A DNA stretch of 64,000 bases from a virus: positions 1 to 64,000 of IMG/VR virus record IMGVR_UViG_3300031576_000030; one strand, given 5' to 3'. Positions within the stretch are counted from its first letter, which is position 1, and every line of letters begins with the position of its first letter. The position numbers and the translations under genes were made by a program. Positions 9,623 to 18,890 of this stretch are shown here, piece by piece. The notes under the pieces were generated by a model. The model did no database searches. It was not told where the DNA came from and saw nothing but the letters and a program-made list of their open reading frames with translations.

Positions 9623-10954
9623 CTAGCGCAGCGTCAGCCGCTGAGATGTTTCTTGCGGCACGGTGAAGGCGGTGAGTTTGCCCGCCTGGGCCGTGCGCTC
9701 GGCCATGCCCGCGACCAACTCGAAGGCGTCGTCGGCCATCGCCATGAGTACGTTCTTCTGCTTGGCCCATTCGTCGTCGCTGATGATGGCCGCCAGTCGT
9801 TGGCGGCGCAGCGAGGCCAATAGAGTCAGGTTGCGAGCGTCCGCCGCTTGCAGCCCTTCGGTCAGCGACTTCACCTCGCCCTCTTTGGCCGCCAAGCGGG
9901 TTTGCAGGTCGCCCTTCTCGGCTTCGAGTTGGGTAGCGCGGCTCAAGGCTGCGGCCAGATCGTCCTTGAGTTTCTGCAAGGCGTTTTCGTCCATAGTTTC
10001 CTCGATGTCGATTCCTTGTGGTTTGTCACGACGCAGACGAGCGATGGCGCTCTCGTCTTTCGTCCCGGTATGCCCCCCGTTGGCTGCGCTCCACGCGGCC
10101 AGCCAGCCGCGCTCGATCACCTTGCCGTGGATCTTGTAAGGAAATCGCTTCCCGTCCGGATCAGCGAAGTCTGAGGCGGGCAGGTCATTGATCGTCTCCC
10201 CCTCTTTGAGATAGGAGTCGTACCATGAGGCCTGGGCCGTCTGAGAGCCGGAGGTGGAATAGTCACCGCCCTCTTCGTGCTTGGCGACGACGAATAACTG
10301 CTGCGGATCGAAAGCCGTGCGGCTGCCTGCAGGCGATTTGGTGATCGCGCCGCCCAAGGCCTTGAGGCCGCTCAACTTGCGCACGGCGTTGTGCGTTCGG
10401 CGATCTTGCAAGTGAGCGCAGTATTGGCTGGCCGCGCCGAACTCGCTGCCGCACACCGAGCAGGCGGCTTTGTCGGCCTTGGCCTTGATCGATAGGTGCA
10501 TCCCCCCATCCAGGATGGACTGAGCCTCCTGCGGGTAGTGGTCGGCGAAGATGGCTCCGTCTACCAGGCAGCGTTCCGCCACCGCCCGCCCACCGGAGAA
10601 CACGCCGCAAATTCTCTGGCGGATATGCTCGACGTCGATGGGCCGACCGGCGATGGATTCGGCCAATTCCTGGATGCCCTGCGCCGTGATCTCGTCACGG
10701 TTGCGGTTCACCTCGGCTGAGGCCAGGACTGCGTTCTTGAACACCAGCATCGTCGCACCGTCTGCGCCGCGCACCAAGTTGAACGACGGCTCGTCGGCGG
10801 CGATGAAGATGTTGGCGTCCAGATCGACCGAGGCGTTGAGTTGCTTGTTGGCGATGGCATACGCCCGCGACTTCCGCTCGTCGGGCGGCAGGTCGGGATA
10901 GAAGTCTTTGTCGGCCAGAAGTGTTTCGACGAGGTTCTCTACGGATGCTGGCAT
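9623..10954 (-). CDS. prohead protease with C-terminal scaffold
   Basis: NRNRD..GRPIDVEH..HLSI..CSVCG..CAHL protease core, then coiled-coil scaffold. Confidence 0.8.
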   Translation of the reverse strand: MPASVENLVETLLADKDFYPDLPPDERKSRAYAIANKQLNASVDLDANIFIAADEPSFNLVRGADGATMLVFKNAVLASAEVNRNRDEITAQGIQELAESIAGRPIDVEHIRQRICGVFSGGRAVAERCLVDGAIFADHYPQEAQSILDGGMHLSIKAKADKAACSVCGSEFGAASQYCAHLQDRRTHNAVRKLSGLKALGGAITKSPAGSRTAFDPQQLFVVAKHEEGGDYSTSGSQTAQASWYDSYLKEGETINDLPASDFADPDGKRFPYKIHGKVIERGWLAAWSAANGGHTGTKDESAIARLRRDKPQGIDIEETMDENALQKLKDDLAAALSRATQLEAEKGDLQTRLAAKEGEVKSLTEGLQAADARNLTLLASLRRQRLAAIISDDEWAKQKNVLMAMADDAFELVAGMAERTAQAGKLTAFTVPQETSQRLTLR

Positions 10955-10959
10955 AACGC

Positions 10960-11040
10960 AAAAAGGCGCATCCCTGCGCCTTAAACACAGAAAGCCCGTG
11001 CCTAGGCTTCTCCTGTAGCCGCCGTTCGCGTCCCGGCTAC
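10960..11040 (-). terminator. three tandem hairpins, the last followed by U-run, directly upstream of protease ATG
   Basis: stems 11015-11040 (GTAGCCG/CGGCTAC), 10989-11011 (imperfect), 10963-10982 (AAGGCGCA/TGCGCCTT then T-run on minus). Confidence 0.55.
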
Positions 11041-11060
11041 GTAGACATAATAATGGAGTT

Positions 11061-12044
11061 TTACAGGGTTGTCAAGTAGGCCGCCAAACGGCCCACCGGC
11101 TCACTCCAATCCAGGTACTTCTGGGCAGTTTGCACGCCCGACTTGCCCAGGGCCACCGCCCTCTTGCGGTCGGTCAGCACCTGCTCGACTTTTTCGGCCA
11201 TGTCGTAGGGCGAGGTCGCCAGCAGGCAGTTGTCTCCGTCGCGGGCGTACTCCATGTTGCCCTGTGCGTCGAACATGATCACCGGCGCGCCGCAGGCCAT
11301 CGCTTCCAGCGCGGTCATCGACAGCCCCTCGTGCAGCGAGGTGCTGATGAACACGCCGCAGGCGCTATAGGCTTTGCGCAAGTCTTTGTCGCGGATGTCC
11401 TTGAAGTGGCGGTGCGAGCCGACCAGCCGCAGGCCGGGGTGGATGCCGAAGGTCACGAGATGGATGGCCTTGTCCGCCAGGTAGCGGGCGACCTCGGCCA
11501 GTTCGCGGAAACCCTTGAGGGCTTGGGGCCGCAACACCGCCAACACCTCGCGGCTGCGCGCGCCGACCTCCTCCAACCGCCATTTGCCGATGGCGATGCC
11601 GGTGTAGTGGCATTGGGACAATTGGCGCTCCACCCAGTGGCTGGTGGTGAACAGGTTGAGGCCCAGGTGATAGGTCTGCATCACCATGCCGCAGGTCAGC
11701 GGATCGATGTAGTAGGCCGTCTCCACGTCCTGCACCAAGTACGCGCCGCGGGCGGCGGGCAATACGTCCAGGATGTCACGGGCGACGTAGGCCGTCTTCC
11801 ACCAGGTGGCGATCACGATGTCCGGCTTGAGTGACTTGGTGGCTTCGATCACCGCCTCGTAACTGCCGTAGCGCAGCCACTTGACCTTGTGCCAGCGCTG
11901 GAACCAATCCGACTGATTGTCCAGCGAGAGAATGGTCGTCGGCCATCCCAGCAGACTGAGGCGGCTGGCGTACTCGTAGATCACCTTGACGCCTCCGGCC
12001 AAGCCACCGCTCTCCACCAGCCAGGCGACGTGGGGCAGGCTCAT
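11061..12044 (-). CDS. glycosyltransferase, GT-B/GT4-like
   Basis: GGVKVIYEYA, IATWWKTA, YLVQD, EGLSMTALEAMACG (EX7E). Confidence 0.9.
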   Translation of the reverse strand: MSLPHVAWLVESGGLAGGVKVIYEYASRLSLLGWPTTILSLDNQSDWFQRWHKVKWLRYGSYEAVIEATKSLKPDIVIATWWKTAYVARDILDVLPAARGAYLVQDVETAYYIDPLTCGMVMQTYHLGLNLFTTSHWVERQLSQCHYTGIAIGKWRLEEVGARSREVLAVLRPQALKGFRELAEVARYLADKAIHLVTFGIHPGLRLVGSHRHFKDIRDKDLRKAYSACGVFISTSLHEGLSMTALEAMACGAPVIMFDAQGNMEYARDGDNCLLATSPYDMAEKVEQVLTDRKRAVALGKSGVQTAQKYLDWSEPVGRLAAYLTTL

Positions 12045-12844
12045 GGCGACGATTGCCAAATTTCTTCGGCGGCGCGCATCTCCGACAACCAGTCGGATAC
12101 GAACTGCGGGTGCTGGCCGCGATAGGCGCGAAATTCGCCTTGGGACTTCGATACATCGAATACCCGCTCGTAATCCATATAGCCGTCATTTTTCCACAGC
12201 GCTTCGACTTTCGGATCCGGGAAGCCTAATTCCACGTACAACTTCTGGAACTCGTGTTCTTTCACCAGCGCCTCCCGGCGTCGGCCCATGTGCATCTTGC
12301 CGTAGTGGAAGACCTCCAGGTGCGTCTGGAACTCCGGGCTGCCGCCCAGGGCACAGGCATCGCCGCCCGGACCCGCCGAGAATCGCAGACCGGCGGCGGT
12401 GTCCGACAACACCGCCTTGCTGGAATAGATGAAGGGGAAGGTTGTCTTGTCGTCGGGGCAGAAGTGGGTGTAATGCGGCCGGCCCAGTTTATAGTCCGCC
12501 GACTTCATGTAGATCAACTCGTTGTAGAAGCCCAAGAAACTCCACTCGCATAGCACTTCGTCGGTGTCGAGTTTGAGGGCGTAATCGTAGGTCGTGCCGA
12601 TGTGATCCAGTAGGAAGTTGGCGATGTGCGCCTGGATCGTGTAGTGGTCGCCCCAGGCGTGCGGATGGATCGATAGCCGCGCTTCGTGCATGTCCCGCGC
12701 CGCCGCCTCGGTCTCGTCGTCGCACGGCGCAAAGTACACCCGCTCGGCCAACTCCAGGGCCGAGTCGATGGACGCACGCCACGGGTAGGCGATGGCGTCC
12801 AACTTGTAGCCGAACAGGTAAACCGCCAGGCTCGGTCGTTTCAT
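12041..12844 (-). CDS. glycosyltransferase, GT2-like
   Basis: YPWRASIDSAL, LDTDE (DxD), FHYG. Confidence 0.75.
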   Translation of the reverse strand: MKRPSLAVYLFGYKLDAIAYPWRASIDSALELAERVYFAPCDDETEAAARDMHEARLSIHPHAWGDHYTIQAHIANFLLDHIGTTYDYALKLDTDEVLCEWSFLGFYNELIYMKSADYKLGRPHYTHFCPDDKTTFPFIYSSKAVLSDTAAGLRFSAGPGGDACALGGSPEFQTHLEVFHYGKMHMGRRREALVKEHEFQKLYVELGFPDPKVEALWKNDGYMDYERVFDVSKSQGEFRAYRGQHPQFVSDWLSEMRAAEEIWQSSP

Positions 12845-13170
12845 TCATATTCCCTTCTCAGGGCTAACAACCTCTTGCCCACCTCCACCTTGTCCACAAT
12901 CTTCTCCCAAGTCTCTGGATGGACATAGGCATAATCTGCCGCACTCGAGTGCGGGCCAAAATCACCCTGTCCCGCCTTCGGGACAAAGTGAATCGCCGGG
13001 TCGGGCATCTCCATCCAAGTGGATCCTTGTTGCTCGAACGTCCTGCTTTGTGCCCAGGTGTAAATAGGAACGCCGCCATAATAACCCCGAAAGTGATTGC
13101 TTAGGATCGATCCATGAATCATGATCCCCACAGGCGACCCGGATGTCTCGACGCGAACGATGATTAACAT
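12841..13170 (-). CDS. hypothetical protein
   Basis: fills gap between GT genes with overlapping start/stop. Confidence 0.45.
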   Translation of the reverse strand: MLIIVRVETSGSPVGIMIHGSILSNHFRGYYGGVPIYTWAQSRTFEQQGSTWMEMPDPAIHFVPKAGQGDFGPHSSAADYAYVHPETWEKIVDKVEVGKRLLALRREYE

Positions 13171-13862
13171 GGCCCGGCAAATATCCTTTCTCGGATCGAA
13201 GGTTCGAACTCGCGCACCAAGCCCAGGCGGTGGGCGTTGTCCACCCGCCCGATGTACTCATGCCACGGGCCGATGCCCACCGTCCCCTGGTGTACCTGGT
13301 AGCGCCAGCCTTTGGCGACGAGCGCCTCGCGCGATTTGCAGGCGGTGTGGTCAAAGAGCAAGGGGCCGTCGGCAATCTGCTTCTGGGAAAGGCCCAGCGC
13401 GGTCGGCTCGGTATGCACATTCTGCGGGAAATGCACCCCCGCCAGGTTGCGAAACATTCGCTGGCTCGGCCCATTGCCGCCCTCCACGTAATGATCGCGG
13501 TCGAGGATGGTGGTGTACTTGAAAAACTCCCAGATGTCGGAACGATCCAGGTCGGTGGACAGCAGCCAGTGCCGCAGGTCGCTGCTGAATGTCTCGTCGG
13601 CGTCCAAGTAGAATATCCACGACAGGCGGCAGGCGGCCAGGGCCAGCGTGCGCAGGTCGCCGTGATGGGAATGGCGCTGCTCGCTCTGTAGGGCGATGGG
13701 CAGGCGCTGCATATAGGATTGAATGATCGGCAGCGTGTCGTCGGTCGAGCCATTGTCCACGATAGACAGGACGCCCAACAGGTCGGCGACAGACACGAAC
13801 GAATCCAGGCAATGGCCGATCATCTCCTCTTCGTTTTGGCAGATGAGAAAGGCGTCGATCAT
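13164..13862 (-). CDS. glycosyltransferase family 2
   Basis: ICQNEE, VDNGSTDDT, LDADE, VHTEP. Confidence 0.9.
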   Translation of the reverse strand: MIDAFLICQNEEEMIGHCLDSFVSVADLLGVLSIVDNGSTDDTLPIIQSYMQRLPIALQSEQRHSHHGDLRTLALAACRLSWIFYLDADETFSSDLRHWLLSTDLDRSDIWEFFKYTTILDRDHYVEGGNGPSQRMFRNLAGVHFPQNVHTEPTALGLSQKQIADGPLLFDHTACKSREALVAKGWRYQVHQGTVGIGPWHEYIGRVDNAHRLGLVREFEPSIRERIFAGPC

Positions 13863-14074
13863 CGGGAGTCAGGGCTGACCTCGAGATGCGACCACCATTC
13901 TCCTTGGTAGCGTATGGCGTCAGCCGGGATGGAATCGCCGGTCGCCTCGTCCACGCCCCACACAACCGACGCGCCACAATAGCGGCAACTCTTGGTCATC
14001 GTACCCACCTTCACGATTACCTTATCGTTGCGCCGTCGAGGGCCATTTGGTAGACGCGGCTGGCTAGTATTCAT
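13859..14074 (-). CDS. small Zn-ribbon protein
   Basis: CRYCGASVVW..IPAD..SH motif; ATGA coupling on both sides. Confidence 0.55.
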   Translation of the reverse strand: MNTSQPRLPNGPRRRNDKVIVKVGTMTKSCRYCGASVVWGVDEATGDSIPADAIRYQGEWWSHLEVSPDSR

Positions 14075-14232
14075 GCGGCCTCGGGAGGCGAGACGTATCC
14101 CGGCCAATGCCATGTGCCGGGAAGTTTATGAGTTTCATCGAGCAGAACCCTCTCGGCAAAGAATATGCCTTTGGGGTTGAGGATGCAGAGGCCCACTTCT
14201 AGTAGGCTCCTACGTCGGACAACCACCCCCAT
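14071..14232 (-). CDS. short ORF/relic ending in GTWHWP (not in ORF track)
   Basis: translates MGVVVRRRSLLEVGLCILNPKGIFFAERVLLDETHKLPGTWHWPGYVSPPEAA; resembles the C-terminal half of a common phage small protein. Confidence 0.5.
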   Translation of the reverse strand: MGVVVRRRSLLEVGLCILNPKGIFFAERVLLDETHKLPGTWHWPGYVSPPEAA

Positions 14233-14702
14233 CGTTTGCCGTTTTCGATGGCATGGATGGTGGCCCAGCCAACGTTATAGATATTGGCAATTTCGTGTTT
14301 AGACTTCCCGGCCCGTAGAAGATGTCATACATTGAGGACTTCATCTTCTTTCAACTTTGAACTGGGATTTTGGCTACCCGGAGAGGAGCCACCCCTAGAA
14401 CGCTCTTTTGTGACTCGGTCAGCGATATTATCGGCTTGGCTCCCTGAGAATAGATGGAACGGGTTGCAACAAGAAGGATTGTCGCAACGATGAAGGATCG
14501 ACTCTCCGGGTGCTATGTCTCCAAAAGTCAGTCTCCAGACAACCCGATGTGCCCTCCAAGATTTTCCTTCCCAGTTGAATATGCCATATCCGTCTCGACT
14601 TGTATAACCTTGCCAAAGCCAACAATCGTTAACGCCTCTCCTATCAACCTTTTCCCAGAACCTCAGGTCAACCGGATTGATTTTGTATTGGTTGCCTCTC
14701 AT
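14199..14702 (-). pseudogene. HNH endonuclease interrupted by an in-frame TGA
   Basis: RFWEKVD..HRCDNPSCCNPFHL; TGA at 14325-14327 followed in frame by HTH HLLRAGKSKHEIANIYNVGWATIHAIENGKRWGWL to TAG 14199. Confidence 0.8.
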
Positions 14703-14704
14703 CG

Positions 14705-15085
14705 CTATTCCCCTAACTCCCCGGTGAGATACTCGCCCTTCCAATCAGCGATACCTTCGCGTACACCATAGTCCATGATGTCCACGTCGGCCATCCCAAT
14801 CTTCCGTTCACGGTGTACCTGGCGCTCATAGCGGAGCGAGGCCCAGCGCAACAGCCATTCGATCACTTTCTTTTCCAGAGCAAACGCCGTAAACCATCGC
14901 CGACGCCATCGGAACGAGGCCAGCGCCTCGAACGGCCAGATGCGCACCTGGTACTCCTCGTCTGACTTACCCCGCGCCCTGGCCTCGGAGAGCGCTCGGC
15001 CCACATGCAGGATAGACAGAGGAGGCGACTTCTGCGGGCTGCTGACGCTGGGCACCGGGTAGATCAAGAGAACCCGTGTCGTCAT
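14705..15085 (-). pseudogene. probable internally deleted B12-binding radical SAM gene
   Basis: N-terminus RVLLIYP..PPLSILHVGRAL..YQVRI matches the start of cobalamin-binding radical SAM enzymes; no CxxxCxxC core. Confidence 0.5.
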
Positions 15086-15327
15086 TCTTTGTCCTCGCCC
15101 GGCGTGATAGGCAAGTAGGCGAACTCTGTCACCAACGACAATTCATCCCACGCATCGTGGAACTGTTCCTGGAAACAGTAGGCGGTCAGGGCCTCATGCT
15201 CGCGCCGTCGCAATTGGATGGCGCTTATGATAATGCCCTGTGTCTTGGCGTCGCGGATAGCATCCAGGATCGCCGTCGCCACTTGCTGGCCGACTCTCTC
15301 CTGGTCTAGTTCGTCAATTGTCTGCAT
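15082..15327 (-). CDS. hypothetical protein
   Basis: ATG 15327, stop overlaps next start. Confidence 0.5.
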   Translation of the reverse strand: MQTIDELDQERVGQQVATAILDAIRDAKTQGIIISAIQLRRREHEALTAYCFQEQFHDAWDELSLVTEFAYLPITPGEDKE

Positions 15328-16226
15328 AGCGCCCCCCACTGGTCGACCACGACGCTCGGCGAGAAGTTCTGCTTGGCCCACTCCCAGCCCTGATCGGCGA
15401 CCTCCCAATACGGCTGCGGGTTATCCAGGAAGGTTTCGATGCCTCGGGCAAATTGATCGTCGGTGGAGGCAAACTGGGCATGGCCGCCAGTCGTCTCGCG
15501 CAAGGGCGGAATATCTTGGCACAGGACGGGTACCTGAGCCATTTGCGCCATCGCCACCGAGATGCAGCAGCACTCGTCGCGCGTCGGAAAGACAAACAGT
15601 TTCAGCCCCGAATAGAAACTGGCGAAGTCACGTACCTGGCCTAGAAGGGTGAGGTTGCCACTCGCCATCACCGAGATCTGATGATACAAAGGCCCGTGTC
15701 CGGCCAAGACGAAATTCTCGGACGGAAAACGATTGGCTAAGGCCAGGAAATCCTGCGGTCGCTTTTCGTCGACCAATCGGGACAGTCGCCCAATACTCCC
15801 CTGGGCATTGCGGCGAGCAGCGCCCACGTCGGCGATGCCGTAGATCACCTGCCGCCGCGCCATGTGTGGGTTGAGATGCAAAGCGATGTGGTTCAAGGCC
15901 ACAAATGCGTCGACCAGGTCGGGCGGCGTGGGCGAACGAGCATTCGAGTGCATGCACTCGACCGTCTTCATGCCCCGCTCTTTGGCCCACAGGAAGGTGT
16001 CGCGGTACGACCAGCCACCAACCGTGTGACCCACGCAGATGTCGTATTGCGCCTCGCGTGGCGGGCCGCCGTTCCAAATGACCATGCCCGCCCGCCGCAA
16101 TTCTGGACTGAAGGAACCGTCCGCCGCCCACCATGCATGGTGATCGAGAGAATGTAGGAACAGGCGGTAGACCATCTCCTGGATACCGCCCAAATTCAAG
16201 TTGTCCAGGCAGTGCAAGATGTTCAT
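15306..16226 (-). CDS. glycosyltransferase, GT4
   Basis: LGGIQEMV, GRLSRLVDEK, ECCCISVAMAQM (degenerate EX7E), DIPPLRE. Confidence 0.85.
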   Translation of the reverse strand: MNILHCLDNLNLGGIQEMVYRLFLHSLDHHAWWAADGSFSPELRRAGMVIWNGGPPREAQYDICVGHTVGGWSYRDTFLWAKERGMKTVECMHSNARSPTPPDLVDAFVALNHIALHLNPHMARRQVIYGIADVGAARRNAQGSIGRLSRLVDEKRPQDFLALANRFPSENFVLAGHGPLYHQISVMASGNLTLLGQVRDFASFYSGLKLFVFPTRDECCCISVAMAQMAQVPVLCQDIPPLRETTGGHAQFASTDDQFARGIETFLDNPQPYWEVADQGWEWAKQNFSPSVVVDQWGALCRQLTN

Positions 16227-16450
16227 TTTATCGAGACCATGTAAGGGAGGGGCCAAGCACGCCAGGGCGTTATTGGCACTTCCCAATCACCCGGTGAGCC
16301 GCTGCTAAAGGAACGGAAATAATCCTCACTTCCGAAAACGAGAGCACGCGAGTCGCTGATTTTCTCAAGCCGCCTTGCGCCGCAAGTCTCGCAGCCGCGC
16401 CACGGAAACACCTCGTACAGATTGCCGCAATATTCACATCGGAACATCAT
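16223..16450 (-). CDS. small Zn-finger protein
   Basis: CEYCG..CETCGA. Confidence 0.55.
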   Translation of the reverse strand: MMFRCEYCGNLYEVFPWRGCETCGARRLEKISDSRALVFGSEDYFRSFSSGSPGDWEVPITPWRAWPLPYMVSIK

Positions 16451-17031
16451 CGCCTCCTGAACAGCGTAGAATGCCACTGCAGCCAATGGCAGTGGTCGTA
16501 GGCCGAATCGACGTCGATCACCCGGTGGGCCGCCGCCGTCGTCTCGTGGTCAAGGTCATAGCCAACCTGGGAGAATAATCCCTGCCAATATTCCTGGGGC
16601 TGCTCGTTCCAATGGCCCTCGCCCCCCTGTCCCGGCGTGGCTGCCGACCAGAACACGACTGGCGCGCAACGCGACAGCGTACCCACCAGCGTGCGGGCAT
16701 GTTCGGGCCGCAGATGCTCACCAACCTCGATGCACAGGGCCAGGTCGAAGGCCTGGGCCGGCGTCCAGGGATTGCGCAGATCGACCAACTCGAAACAGCC
16801 GGGGATCCACTTGCCGCCTTCGGACGCGCCGTCCACGCCATATACCTGGAGGCCGCGCTGCGCGAAGGGCAGGAGGTAGATGCCGCTGGCGCAGCCTACA
16901 TCGATCACCGAGGTCGGATGCAACAGGTTGTCCAACAGACCGCCCAGGGCCATCGCCTGCGGAGTCTCGTGCAGATCGACTTCTTCCATCAGCCAAGAAT
17001 ATTCATCCGCATCTTGGTATTTATAGGGCAT
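16447..17031 (-). CDS. class I SAM-dependent methyltransferase
   Basis: VIDVGCASG, FDLALCIEVGEHL, SAATPGQGGEGHWNEQ. Confidence 0.9.
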   Translation of the reverse strand: MPYKYQDADEYSWLMEEVDLHETPQAMALGGLLDNLLHPTSVIDVGCASGIYLLPFAQRGLQVYGVDGASEGGKWIPGCFELVDLRNPWTPAQAFDLALCIEVGEHLRPEHARTLVGTLSRCAPVVFWSAATPGQGGEGHWNEQPQEYWQGLFSQVGYDLDHETTAAAHRVIDVDSAYDHCHWLQWHSTLFRRR

Positions 17032-17521
17032 AGGATTGCTCTGGGAAATTCAAGTATGCAAAATCTCCATAGTGTTCTTTGGCAACCTCACCATAGATTC
17101 TAGCAGCCATCTCTCGATTTTGAAAGGTACCTAAATGATGAACTCTACCGCCATAATGAATATGGGCAACCCATCCCTTATTTTGTTTTGAGAAGGAGAC
17201 ACCTTTGTAACCCGATTTGTTGTTATTGTTTGGCCCACGATTTCTTTGATTCTGAAATCGATTGGCGAGCCTGATATTCACCCTCTGATTGTTTAGGCCG
17301 TTGCGATCAATGTGATCCACCCATACACCATCAGGGGCTTTCAAAATCTCTCTATGCATAAGGATAATTCTACTTTTTCCTGCGGAGTCCACAGACGAAT
17401 TTCTTACGGCGTAGAATGTCTTTCTGTGCTGGAATGAACACCACTTAAACTGACTTAAGAATTCAAAATCTTCGTCGTCTACTATAGTAACTTGCCCTTG
17501 TGTTAAAGATATTTGTTTCAT
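17021..17521 (-). CDS. HNH-AP2 homing endonuclease
   Basis: MHREIL..VDHIDRNGLNNQRVNIR, SGYKGV, WVAHI..HLGTF..AARIY; low GC. Confidence 0.9.
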   Translation of the reverse strand: MKQISLTQGQVTIVDDEDFEFLSQFKWCSFQHRKTFYAVRNSSVDSAGKSRIILMHREILKAPDGVWVDHIDRNGLNNQRVNIRLANRFQNQRNRGPNNNNKSGYKGVSFSKQNKGWVAHIHYGGRVHHLGTFQNREMAARIYGEVAKEHYGDFAYLNFPEQSYAL

Positions 17522-17580
17522 CACTTCACGCCTCATTCACAAAACAAGATAGTTTAACGCCGGGTCGCTGTAGCGGTAGG

Positions 17581-18237
17581 TCATGTCTTACGGGCTACCA
17601 GCCAGATGACGATGGGATGGTCGGTGCGTCCGTTCACCCCGCTCAGGCCATCCCCCAAGAGGCGGCGCGCTTCGGCCACGCTCATGTAATCCCCTTCCAA
17701 GGCGTCGTTATGCAGATATTCAAACTCGATCATCTGCCGACCGCCCCATCCGCCGTGGGAGATGTAATCCCATTGATTATGGGGAAATAGAACCTGGTAG
17801 CCATCATAGCCGATGCGCCAGCAGTCCACCGGAGCGGGATGGATACGGTGCAGGAAGGGTGTGGTGACGACCAACAGGCCGCCCGTTTTTAGGATGCGGC
17901 CCAACTCGACTGCTGCCTGCCAGGGCCGCTCGACATGCTCCAACACTTGATCGGCCACGACCACATCCATACTATCACTCCCAATGCCTGGGCAAGCCTG
18001 TATATCGTAAATGGGGTATTCTCCGACATAACAATCAATGCGCTCGCCCATCAGATGCTTGAACATGCGGATGACCGAGGTGGTCGGCTCCCTGGCTCCA
18101 AATTCAAACAGGGAGTAGAGCCGTGATACGTCCCACGTGATACCCACCAAGGCCTCATAGATCGCCTCATACATGAAGTGCCGGACGTGATCGTGGTGCG
18201 ACCACGATCCATCGATGGGTTGCCAGATGTCTGTCAT
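17581..18237 (-). CDS. SAM-dependent methyltransferase (type 11-like)
   Basis: DVVVADQVLEHVERPW, ILKTGG, TPF..HPAPVDCWR. Confidence 0.85.
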   Translation of the reverse strand: MTDIWQPIDGSWSHHDHVRHFMYEAIYEALVGITWDVSRLYSLFEFGAREPTTSVIRMFKHLMGERIDCYVGEYPIYDIQACPGIGSDSMDVVVADQVLEHVERPWQAAVELGRILKTGGLLVVTTPFLHRIHPAPVDCWRIGYDGYQVLFPHNQWDYISHGGWGGRQMIEFEYLHNDALEGDYMSVAEARRLLGDGLSGVNGRTDHPIVIWLVARKT

Positions 18238-18890
18238 AATCCCTCCGCCAGTTCGTCTTGGTACATCCTCAAGATGCCGTTACATCCCTCGTGGGCCAGC
18301 CCGGCGAAGTCGCCCCGGATATATTCATAGGAAAAATCAGTCTGCCAAATGAAACCGAGTTCACCTTTCTTGACCAGCGACGGATCATGCCAGGTGAGAA
18401 ATTGAGGCCCCGGCGTCTCGCCCGGCCCCAGTTGAGCCGCCGCTGGAAACTTCGCCACCATTCTGAGTACATCGTTCCGCAGATTGAAGATCCAACGGTG
18501 GTGACAATAGCCCACATGATCGTAATGGCTGCTGTCGAACTTTCCCAGTTCGGTGTGTTTGTGCGGTGTGGAGATGAAGCCCATCTTGGAGTAGGCTTGA
18601 AGTTGGCCGATGACGAACGCAGGATCCCGCAGGTCTTCCAAGGTATTGGTGCAGATGGAGAAATCATAAATGCGCCCGTTCAATTGATCCCAGGTCTGCC
18701 TCAGGCAAGCATCCCCGGCAAACGTGGCGTTCGGTTGAATGTCGAGGTAGTCCGGATCGAACTCGCTGGCCCAAGGCATGGCGACGCCACCCACGTCCAG
18801 GACAGAGTATTTCGGGTCGCGCTCGCGCTGCTCCTGCAGGTAGACCGAGGCCCAGGGGTGCAGCAGTTCGTATTGAGCCTTGAGGATCAT
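18234..18890 (-). CDS. SAM-dependent methyltransferase-like
   Basis: VLDVGG, YDFSICTNTLEDL, HHRW. Confidence 0.8.
   Translation of the reverse strand: MILKAQYELLHPWASVYLQEQRERDPKYSVLDVGGVAMPWASEFDPDYLDIQPNATFAGDACLRQTWDQLNGRIYDFSICTNTLEDLRDPAFVIGQLQAYSKMGFISTPHKHTELGKFDSSHYDHVGYCHHRWIFNLRNDVLRMVAKFPAAAQLGPGETPGPQFLTWHDPSLVKKGELGFIWQTDFSYEYIRGDFAGLAHEGCNGILRMYQDELAEGL

Noticed and set aside
8248-9666. Long antisense ORFs (this one, also 19843-21168, 29967-31190, 49472-50548)
   Set aside because: Shadow frames of GC-rich genes with no motifs.
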